A stretch of DNA of 64,000 nucleotides from Salisapilia sapeloensis CBS 127946 (Eukaryota; Protista; Oomycota), in assembly GCA_023334545.1 (NCBI GenBank), contig JAADVB010000042.1:35489-99488 (forward strand), given 5' to 3'. The translations under genes and the position numbers were made by a program. Of this stretch, positions 57,601 to 64,000 are shown in pieces. The first letter of the stretch is position 1. Every line of letters begins with the position of its first letter. The notes under the pieces were generated by a model. That model was not told where the DNA came from and did not search any database. It worked only from the letters and a program-made list of their open reading frames with translations.

Positions 57601-58652
57601 CGAGATTCCTCTTCCATCAAAGGAGCAGAAGGGACTTCATCTTTATTCATCTCCGCGTCTGGAGCACTAGGTGCTTCCGGTGTCTCCTCATGCTCCAGAT
57701 CTGGGGCAGTCGGGATGTTTTCGTCTACCATAACTGGAGCCGATGGCGTTTCCACTTGGATATTCTCCACGTCCGGAGCAGTCGCAACTTCATGCACGCC
57801 CTGCAGACTTTCTGGTGCAGGAGAGGTGGATTCTGTATCATCCATGGGAGGAGATTCATCCTGTGGTGCGGAAGGAGCTGTGGCGTCTGGAGATGAAAAC
57901 ACAGACGGAGAAAGAGTCAAATCCGCTAGATCCGGTGGTGCGGATGGTGTTATTTCTGTAAAGCTTGTTGGAGGTGATGGTGATGAAAAAGATGCACTGG
58001 GGAAAGGAGGGCTTTGAGCCATGCCTGTTGAATCTCCATCTTCTCCATCCGAATGGTCAAAGTTGGGTGCAGATGGCACTGCTACTAATTGAGAGGATGA
58101 TGTGGGATTAAGAGGTAATTGCGGTGCATCGGACGGTGGCGTTTCCACCAACAAAGACTCTTCCTTTTCTTCCATTTTCGTGCTATTCATCGCTGGTGAA
58201 TCTATTTTCTGCTTTGTATCCATCGCTTCCTGTTTCGTTTCCTCCTTCCTTTCAGTTTCATCAGGAGGTGTCTTTGACTCGATTTGCTCCGAGGTTAGAG
58301 TGTCTTTATTATCTTCATCCTCTCTCTCAGCGCCTTTAATCTCTCCCTCATCCAGCATTTCGGATACTTCTGTCTGTACACTATCTCCCTCGGTTTTTAA
58401 CTCTGTAATGGAATTATCAATATTCTCCCGCATCACTTCTGGACTGACTTCGTTGATAGTTGCCTCTTCATCCAGTTCATCTAGCAGACTTCCATCCAAG
58501 CCCGCTTCTTCGTCCTCCTGTGTAAAACTCTTCGGGGATACCTGTTTCTTTCGCTCCACTTCCGACCCTAAACTAGACACGGCGGCAGTAGTATCCTGTT
58601 GCTTTCGTCGATTCGCACGACGCTTGCTCTTACGCGGACGCACAGCTTCCAT
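48651..58652 (-). CDS. EPG5: EPG5-like autophagy tethering factor (3333 aa, single open frame)
   Basis: Size and helical-solenoid character fit EPG5. Recalled EPG5-like segments include 'LQHWIATCLQTLLR...LMHV..LP...WAL.FLQ', 'LPVNRWTPTLHDL..LQSWL', 'LEQEVDFEAWCW' and 'PLQVLFWQ.LF.LY'. Confidence 0.78.
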   Translation of the reverse strand: MEAVRPRKSKRRANRRKQQDTTAAVSSLGSEVERKKQVSPKSFTQEDEEAGLDGSLLDELDEEATINEVSPEVMRENIDNSITELKTEGDSVQTEVSEMLDEGEIKGAEREDEDNKDTLTSEQIESKTPPDETERKEETKQEAMDTKQKIDSPAMNSTKMEEKEESLLVETPPSDAPQLPLNPTSSSQLVAVPSAPNFDHSDGEDGDSTGMAQSPPFPSASFSSPSPPTSFTEITPSAPPDLADLTLSPSVFSSPDATAPSAPQDESPPMDDTESTSPAPESLQGVHEVATAPDVENIQVETPSAPVMVDENIPTAPDLEHEETPEAPSAPDAEMNKDEVPSAPLMEEESRVEQASAQKEVSTKHASATSYKLRQVSTRQYPEIPDAETLQSAKQKELPNVSHEEKTSLHHVYIKLEPHVNYEMNLLRAEAAQKRQEKKMQHIGASKGDLYRLVEKYLFSEYLVHTACTHIQSSRNKTQELLRQVWSLDKRRISATKRCGDNIEIKHEMDFTTAKLDPAHMDRLRDHQDALRQARTTEASMHVLDRALSFFHVEEALSNVLEDTHLVTFVNQRRFYSQDDSSEFEVVPSGANFYEALEPGTDLCASVDALKQVIDVLIYFEKAVTVDDGSQFARLPAYFNRGEVVWQAPESKSPSHKSSGMLRQIKCFACGSLNEPMPADQSCRMCRSCQVLLYLPSTSVSTSSSDWVAAVGRFRQSLQHWIATCLQTLLRTKLLSNTPYVLMHVMYLPRVSTEDREWALRFLQFPRRLIQGDGSVTGDWTEDLVDHYLAMVHLVFHPEKLRRMATMVSSSPSHMSRSQRIPNDRKVSPEWVLLENPETLDKWFLSDDDFVAIVNQFPHTLAFYQIFRCSYDTKKCFNRALTLVLELTQSLRTFQEFEKFPIRVADLLAQLLESASHISVGTQTRSKTAKDALFYPTLLDQLFLTALHGLLAPECSRASWQQLKAFPFSALSALAKWDVLSLLLFYDHQPPTEAKSVVGWLSFAEQSRHGSDASGKTRRQVLHERVQADAEHVAYLLEAVASLAACTSGEDEDGRALVTVAVKELFFVGFTEPSCRIALGEEGDQVAPAISTVCLTHPWALSHLISLLFKYHECAGTWVKLFQTLPVNRWTPTLHDLSTLQSWLFLQDTCEPRAVLARFLLDHVNWEFDLKEQTLFTPAALHRQVALILAEALVLHKARRLHPREPVEAVDSSRSQMHYFTKSIRRALWLEQEVDFEAWCWRLMLKLRFHSPLSHAPLLEPIDLVQDKSREALMLRRWFASASAALSSELQIPFYASLETQVQRLGRKSQAETRDERLEALQGSDREVLDQYDNSNPLYEKVESTGTNESDETKDSSTLTTDPIVAYVICQITTFLYSSRLDRWEPLVILLQNNQFAASVQVIQNVLAVRAKLHLLDHVVGSEAEARVTFVEWEEKRCMKALESLSLDDLLRLLHVLYKYAYINEVELRNMEEILQNGYIMTWEQAARKKVLARLRFVRNHSRFVHPIALPSLADDTFPLASAGSLSTTALLHGAMSWLWRHDKSTGPLASADATSITELLSIRSSSLIPVARSSSTIGIMSSSPEEGDSIRSLCMALQREMELCASGMEDTIRTWFEYTLETPVWFEHPGLRKVMDVLLQGAMNQYMRKQSKRHESLLWSLLSGLVVAFKQYCSKLEQVILQPQSESEVGVDAERPPVVSFLPASSPSLTFQSLFGGALNVAQYVGSCPSLSFWSLMVETRQEAPLLSAFGQLMIQHEPETMSTLERMALEEGDIAAALHEVGLSTLPSESDEIVTDTVRQEKALRYAHTTFDTLAEFKFYRWCEYCLELPEEEPLQVLFWQVLFALYFASDSCSRFFGHHFLERSEVSRGQSYLRQNLQKKLRMLSSHCSTQAQMELTAASGVDAKDKKYTHLLSLSQLYTAMDAWLEDSDPNKWMREDQIDSLPRHFEAQRLRQVLSLSAALLCDANDMTWDKLPLWLNLCGLQHASRSSYCDNGNDDVVSMSNTDDTTGSNNELFDDDYDFIETFSTFRTRAPSVGEKADSSGLPLPPTRQQTQQRSLTSLPTANVQVTESSCVLSTSPALNAATLKQAATQFSETLSTLVALDAELMDHTTKLYASKPRTVTQSRACLEGTSCSSPAIFRLEFMEWSRDADVSEAIDTVLVHADRCDFSAMQPPNLSVSLSDAYDGQQVGSEEVVDLDVPAFLGLDQDTVALCRQLLLIDRIVQALDVQMPLLEREKEETKVAGTTEEEAETVDVDKKLARLQEKGLEWFRELTKLDTKLARMLPSLREALWRAIRQLGANFVGVNAQETAALLDLMLDDPTRIDLLSPCFFPAAAPSRFVQLFSKLLSASSASKLSSEQKLAVLRRFDFSSWLQQATPSKFDLETVLSIVLGDLTAQFPADRLLLESWRGGKETAGQGANAHMRELLQIYSNVVKLVCSERLEDHLERVVKALVGVHDDYRFANTTSLNVSDDSSDIAMIASLLPRPVDATAWEAFVNVPDACWNRLSFIEIESVVSFLSQHVSSIRWKCAGKSEKLYPLVYLQTLGVLKSLLELFATLIKHIPQKRQWGLITTFYEPLLSTLYEPASANESSSRCCPWNEEESASTGSTLCASFVGICREYLSPIPDDDGSIAPKTDKLTQLWTFYLEVLVPNAPAHVCKLLHQFLTRLGWEHWVLTLEVVQQMRESIECEKTEASAPYPYVSWMVREVLCRLTWDETEAWLEKQEQTIVSNFLLTFAKLCIDLIIDFPPDTSTRSGALRSNSQSSSSSANRLPPYLVNFVKQQSALWRNWELETVHLQALLDYAKDTVLDPLQSNDNRFQHMKSPPVIQDAFARLQLAFRLLSEITTTEHQKLPPSGCFDRIDQFLAMIYTIFEQNDKTRVSAAFDACGKSGWLMALLGASCTVLYEKLDELVQLCKHPEQVERVGDRPIEKTIIGILRFCNLSLVDDFFATQRSASTPTISATWTKNGNVILVELDGLVRDFASNGRNKKKRRPRRNSGNWSDSSPCSSGGEESSSIPADASSWAAVEAIGDPLGRLLWSFLGFRGGELCCLSACGRAVASVHVMSQVSEKSIERWLIEERRGGWEDVVSKLTVPELSVDEFEEACLESGSLLTLQVLFLQQLKQAPTLTESVAVGLVGKLLAWIQQFELPRNSGVQVERKVMYLAAELSNVVNVALAPHLSLPVRKQTLRQLAERLLVLGDERKNHGLMKAIGMGGALAHGVEFHLSAMVSGIYLRLQTKQSTPLRDSDRVPLHVSATTEAEIKKLEQLMGSKDCLQLGKRVEWLLQFARDPNRSLADQDEFFVSLFARMYPSQSWLLVKSTI

Positions 58653-59119
58653 TTTCAGCCAACGTAGAGATGATCAAAGCACGTTTGGTGTGTACTTGAT
58701 GAGCAGATGCAGTGTCAAATTTTGTTTGGTACGTCTAGACGCTTGCAATGTTCTCGGTGGATGGTAGGAAAGGAAGTATATCAGCGATAGAGACGCACAG
58801 ACCGTGTTCTCTACGTCTTCTCTCTAATCCGTTTTCTCGTCTAGCAACCTTCACGTAACAAGGGAAGTACCACTCAAGTACCTTTGAAGTTGTCTTGAAG
58901 TGTGGTTGAAGAGGATCGCTTCCTCCCACGGCGATCTGCTTCCTTCTGATGGTCGTGGTCCCTAGAGTGAAGATTATAAGTAGGATATTGGTCTATTGGA
59001 ATTGCTAATCAAAACATCTTTTCGTTGGTTATATGTCATGCAGTGTATGTCTAAAATAAAACGGTGCGACCTTTCATATTATAGTTGGGCTTTTCCAGTT
59101 AGAGCTCGCAACGAGAATC

Positions 59120-62037
59120 ATGTCGACAACGGAACACAGACCTGGTCCACAGTATAAATCATCTGAATCAAGCCGAAGACATTTAAATGTAGACACGGCT
59201 GCGATTCACAGTCGTCAGCTGCAACAGCTCTTGGCGATGGCAAGAGGGCATGGCATCCGGTCAGCACCTTCCTTACCACATTCCGCAGAGCAAGTTATCA
59301 ACGAGTTGACTGAAGGAGTATTAAAAGCATTTTCAGTATCTCCAACCAAGACAATGGACAGACAATCAAGTAATCATGTCACTCGGAGGCACGAAAAGCA
59401 GGCACAGCAAATGCAGGCTTTTCGTTCGGTCTTCTCGGACACCGAGTCGACGTTACGGTCACATCGGCAACCTCTTGCAGACAAAATGGAAGAAATTGGA
59501 AAGGAAAGAGAAGAACTGTTTCAGACGTGCTACGAGACACTGCATACCTCAAACGCAGAAGTAGCGGTAATGCCTCTCTTCCCACATCTCTTCATTCTTA
59601 CTTACATATTTACGTAAACAGCACATTCAAGCAGCGATGAAGAATATGGATGAGCAGTACAAGAAGCTCAATATGACAGCATCAGGCGTCGGTAGTTTGC
59701 TATCTTCATTACAGGATCAAAAGCAAACTGCAGACGAAACGAAGGAAATCATGAAGACGTGGCAAGTACTGGGTAATCCGAACGGCCAATTGTTCATTCA
59801 AGACGAGCTTTTGAATTCTTTGAAAGACCCGTTGGAGCAAAAGAAGACGGCTTTAGTTATGAAACGACTACTAGCGTTTACAGATGAGATGAAAGATATT
59901 GAATTAGGTCCAGCCCAGATGGAATTGGAACAACTAAAGCAACGGATGGAATCGGACTTGCTTGAAAAGTATACGCTAGCACAAAAAGACCGAGATGTCG
60001 TGATGATGAAGTCGTGTGCCGAAGCTATATCTGACTTTAGTACTCGAGATAAAGTGGTCGATCGGTATATTTGGAATGTACTCCAAAATCGTTTGGACAA
60101 GTAAGTGATTGCTTAAGTACACTGATTGCTACTCGTATATTTACATATTAAATGACGAAGTAGATTACGAGAGGCAAGTCAAAGTGGAGAAGTGTCTCTG
60201 AACCCGATGCAAGACTTGGATTCGTTGCTTTCAAAGCTGACATTGGTCATTCGGACAGAGTTTACACTCATCCAGAGTGTCTTTGAACCTTCCTGGAACG
60301 CGTTAAATGTACAAGAGAGGCTGCTAAGGAGACTTTATCAGGATCCAGCTTTTGGTATCTCTTCTATACTCGATCAAATCCTGTTCCTATCAGACTGTGT
60401 CGCTACTTCCATCACGCTGGAACAATTGGATGAGCAAATGCAATATGTGAAACTGCTCTGCACTGCATATCAAAAAGTCAGTGCCTTTACTTCTACAGTC
60501 ACAGCGTTGATGATTACCAAAACGGATACGTTGGAAGCGCATAACGCTATCCAGCGATTTGCGAATGGTCAAATGCACTCCTTGTTTGGCGTTCACATAG
60601 ACAAGTTTAGCCGATTAGCACCGACACTCCTTACTTCCTTACTCCGGCAGTACCTGGAACAAGTATCTTTACCCATATCTAGCCGAGTAAAGGGGAAAAA
60701 TATGATGACAAAGTCTACAGCATTGCCCCTACAATCCATTGTCAAGTCTGTTTCATGGTCTTCATCTTCTGGTTCGGCCTCTCGATCCTCTTCATCTCAA
60801 AAGTCTAAAGTGTCAGATCGGATCCAAGTGCCCAGCTCGTCATCAGACTTGTGTGCATCAAAAGGTGGAAAAATGAGTAAAGAAGAGGCTTCTGATTGGC
60901 ATTATGTGGCATTATCGACAGCTCTCGGTGATAAGCAAGTTTTGGATGATTGTCTACGTGTTCTGAAGGACCTCGTGGAAAATTGTGAATGCCTTTTAAA
61001 GGATGAAAAGCTCATGCTTGACTTATGCACAATTTTTGTTGGTGAAGTTGGTGATAAATATCTAAAGGTAAGTCTGTTGATGGTTGTATTGGGGCTTTCA
61101 TAATGTCATGCTGTTGACCTAATAGAAATCTACTGAGCTTGGCAATGAACTGCTACGAGGCAAGCTGCTGACTCATGACTCTGTTATGCACTATCTCGAC
61201 ATCTTGGAGGTAAGTCGCTCGACAGTAGATGCAAGTGAATCGCTTATAATGACTTTGTAGGTGCTTTTGGATCGTATCGATGTATTCGATGCCACTTTCA
61301 TTGACATTGTTGATGTATCTTTTGATGAAACGGGAGACGCTGCACAGTAATTTCACGAGCTATATATGCGTACTATCTAAAGTAGATCTAATTGTTTCTG
61401 CAGAGCTTGCTATAATGTCGAAAGTGCTTGTTTGGAAACCATTCAAAGCTTTCTCTCGGACGGTTTAAAAGAGGTCAACGTAGTCATCATTAAGCAATTG
61501 ACAGAAATCCTTTCGAGTAGTCAAGAGAAGACAGATTTCCACGTCCATAACAACTCCATTCTATCCTGCACCAATGCTTGCAAGGCAGGCTCCGACTACC
61601 TTAAGCCAATCGTCAAGTCCGTAACTAAAATTCTGGTATAGTCATCTCGAGACTTTGTTCGTATTTGCATTTACCAATGCTTATTGTAGGTCGGTGCAAA
61701 TCGCGATTGCTTCCTCTCTGACCTGGTGATGTCTTTCCGAGTCGCCTACTTGAGTCATCTGCAAAAATTGAAATTTGATCCGGACGGAGCGTGCGTCTTA
61801 CTACAAGATGTCAGCACATTTGCCCAAGTCTTCCGTCATACTAAAGTCCCGGCAGTGGAAGAAAACTTTCAACTGCTTCGTGAAGTAGCTAGCTTATTTA
61901 CACTCGCACCAGATAACGTTGCGGGGTATGTCAAAGACAGCATGCTGTCTGGGAATCTGGATATGGGTAGCATTAAAGCTTTGATAAAGCGCCGAGCGGA
62001 CTACAAGACTCATGGCGATCGGATCGTTTTGAAATAA
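59120..62037 (+). CDS. SEC10: Exocyst component SEC10/EXOC5, multi-exon
   Basis: N-terminal coiled coil, 'EFTLIQSVF', and C-terminal 'GACVLLQDVSTF...FQLLREVASLFTLAPD' matching the Sec10 end. Exon limits are approximate. Confidence 0.75.
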
Positions 62038-62132
62038 GACAAATGCGCGTTTGGCAAAGAGAAAGAGTAGTTGTGTTGTTTTTACAAATGCCCGATTGAG
62101 AAGCATACGGCAGGATGAAATAAAAAGCATTC

Positions 62133-63431
62133 TTAGACACTGGTCGAGTACAACTCATGCTTGACGGCAGCGCTACGTTCCTCCAGTCGCCGAGAGTTAG
62201 GCGGATCCACGCGCATTACGTAATTGTATCTCCGTCGAAAGTCTTTCTTTTCCGTCAACGACCGCAACGCAAAGTAGTACTTGGCATAGACGCTCGCGGA
62301 GATGTACAGGTCCCACTGGATGTACTGCAGGAACAAGCGTTCGAGCTTGTTGACCGAGTGGAGTGGGTACTGCGGGTAGATGCAGCTGATCTCGACATTC
62401 CAGGAACTCAAATCTTGCCATACTTTGGAAGCTAATAAAAGACCACACAACACAATGGGCTTCCACGTCCTGGCCAACAGCGGTACGTTCGCTTGTTCCA
62501 TCAGTCGTTCGATATAGATGAGAGAGACGATGGTGCATTCCGGACTGAGTTGGGCACTCTTGAAGAGGTTCATACAAAAACGGAAGATCTCATCGACCGT
62601 CGGGACGTGAGACCGAATGGAGATCTTGCGCATGGCGTACATTGTCAATGGATGGACGCTACCTCCGACGCGTGGGAAAGTGTACTTGAATTGAGGAGTG
62701 ACAAAATGCTCTTCCCGAAAGAGCTCGTCCACTGGCAGATCATGCAGCGGCGGTGAAGACCAGTCATGATTGGACTTTTGGCTCTCTTGGTTGCCTTCAG
62801 ACCGTGCCTCTCCATCTTCGCTGTACACATCGCTCTCTTCCCCCGTCTTATTCGTGGATGAATCGCTCGACTTGTGAACCGCCGTTGGTGCCGTCTCGGG
62901 TGCTGACCCACCAGCATTCGCAGCCGTGTTTGCAGCAACCGTGGCTGATCCAGACGTCGCGATAAAGTGGTTGGCAGAGTCACTGTAGTTCCCTCCACCC
63001 GATACCCTCCGCTTCATTTCTCGATGCCGTCGTTCGCATCGTTTAATGTGTTGGTATAGCACGACACTCACACGCCGTAAAGTATCATCGTAGTTGGGCT
63101 GGGCAATGGAGCTGACGGAGGAAGGAGGCGCGAGTGCACTCATACGATCGCCTGGCTTTCGGTAGCGCAGTGACGACGAGTCCGTGATACGAGGTGTGAA
63201 GCCTGTGTGAGTCGGTTGGAAGCTCGGATCTTCAAAGTGAACGCGCTTCTGGTCATCATTTACATCGTTTCCATTGCCGTATTGGTTCGAGGACCGTGCT
63301 GACTGTGTATAGTGAGATAATTGCGAGCTTCGGATGGTCGGATCATCCTCCTCTTCGACCGAACTTGGCAAGGGAGGAGAAAAAGAGGCTCCCATAGGCG
63401 CTTGTTGTTGGCGCATGACTTCCGTAACCAT
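62133..63431 (-). CDS. Cyclin Y-like protein
   Basis: Cyclin box 'ECTIVSLIYIERL...WKPIVLCGLLLASKVWQD...NKLER.FL...WDLYI..SVYAKYYFALR', characteristic of the cyclin Y family. Confidence 0.88.
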   Translation of the reverse strand: MVTEVMRQQQAPMGASFSPPLPSSVEEEDDPTIRSSQLSHYTQSARSSNQYGNGNDVNDDQKRVHFEDPSFQPTHTGFTPRITDSSSLRYRKPGDRMSALAPPSSVSSIAQPNYDDTLRRVSVVLYQHIKRCERRHREMKRRVSGGGNYSDSANHFIATSGSATVAANTAANAGGSAPETAPTAVHKSSDSSTNKTGEESDVYSEDGEARSEGNQESQKSNHDWSSPPLHDLPVDELFREEHFVTPQFKYTFPRVGGSVHPLTMYAMRKISIRSHVPTVDEIFRFCMNLFKSAQLSPECTIVSLIYIERLMEQANVPLLARTWKPIVLCGLLLASKVWQDLSSWNVEISCIYPQYPLHSVNKLERLFLQYIQWDLYISASVYAKYYFALRSLTEKKDFRRRYNYVMRVDPPNSRRLEERSAAVKHELYSTSV

Positions 63432-63872
63432 ACCGTGCGTACGACAGGACTTGGGAGATACTAAGCTTCGTCTGTAGCTGGTAAGAAGGCGTTATAGAGC
63501 GAAAGCGAGCGACCTCCGCACGAGACAATAAACTCAGATCTTTCCGAGTCTTTGATGCAAGTCTCCGCCAACTGTATTGTTCGGACACTTCTTTATATAT
63601 AATGTATGTAATTGTCCGACTTGAATAGATTGCTTCGATAATTTTGAAAGAGGTCGACGTTACGCTCTGCATAAGCTCCATCATGGTACGAGGGTTATCT
63701 ATCAGTAGCGATTTGCATGAATGTGGACTCTGAACTTTACAACGTCAAGCTTCAATTGTCTTAAGCACACCCTACTGAAGTAATCGTCTTTCACAAACAT
63801 CAATTGGCAAATTTATTCAAATGTCTTGCTCTGCAATCGTAACCTAGACTACTACACTCCCACTTGTCATCG

Positions 63873-63998
63873 TTACTTGCTTCTCTTGAGTCCGACCATG
63901 AGTCCGACAAAGCCTACTACACGAAACGCGAGGTTGAGGGCGAGCAGGATCATGGCCGAGGTGAAGACAGAGCGCTCGTCGAGGCTGTAGTTGGCCAA
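63873..63998 (-). CDS. C-terminal end of a probable ABCG (ABC-2 type) transporter; gene continues beyond the window
   Basis: Translates as LANYSLDERSVFTSAMILLALNLAFRVVGFVGLMVGLKRSK*, which resembles the last TM helix of ABCG proteins. Not in the ORF track. Confidence 0.6.
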   Translation of the reverse strand: MANYSLDERSVFTSAMILLALNLAFRVVGFVGLMVGLKRSK

Positions 63999-64000
63999 GA

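Noticed and set aside
35403-62037. Apparent cluster of trafficking genes (ELMOD, TBC, EPG5, SEC10)
   Set aside because: Interspersed with unrelated housekeeping genes, and such genes are common enough that chance is sufficient.

Overview
Eukaryotic, not prokaryotic, DNA: a compact, gene-dense stretch of an oomycete-like stramenopile genome. The assignment rests on a KRE6/SKN1 glucan enzyme, an oomycete-type bZIP, oomycete-type Cys-rich membrane proteins and a flagellar DRC2 gene. I read about 28 protein-coding genes, many split by short GT-AG introns of 43-74 bp that the ORF track ignores. In order: PDS5 (3' part), bZIP, DRC2/CCDC65, ABCC transporter, Ig-like-domain protein, HAD phosphatase, ALG12, C2H2 zinc finger, C2-domain protein, KRE6/SKN1, two tandem Cys-rich single-pass proteins, a coiled-coil protein, an APC permease, a UBM-NZF-ELMO protein, SWC6/ZNHIT1, a Kir-like channel, two convergent parvulins, a Tc1-type HTH protein, a PH-PDZ-PH-TBC RabGAP, a pogo-type HTH protein, YaaA, RRP1, EPG5, SEC10, cyclin Y and the 3' end of an ABCG. 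Gene-poor spacers lie at about 16.3-19.4 kb, 20.6-23.2 kb and 25.5-26.9 kb. I saw no rRNA, tRNA, CRISPR array or intact transposon. The best candidate for a new system is a tail-to-tail pair of signal-peptide parvulins with ER-retention-like C-termini: one is a membrane protein with a parvulin domain on each side of the membrane ending in KKEK, the other is soluble and ends in KIEL. Other highlights are a Kir channel with a non-canonical pore (QTIMTIGYS), an Asp-type bZIP, two transposase-derived DNA-binding genes, and clusters of ESCRT/WW-binding motifs. All family calls come from motif recognition by eye; no database search was run.
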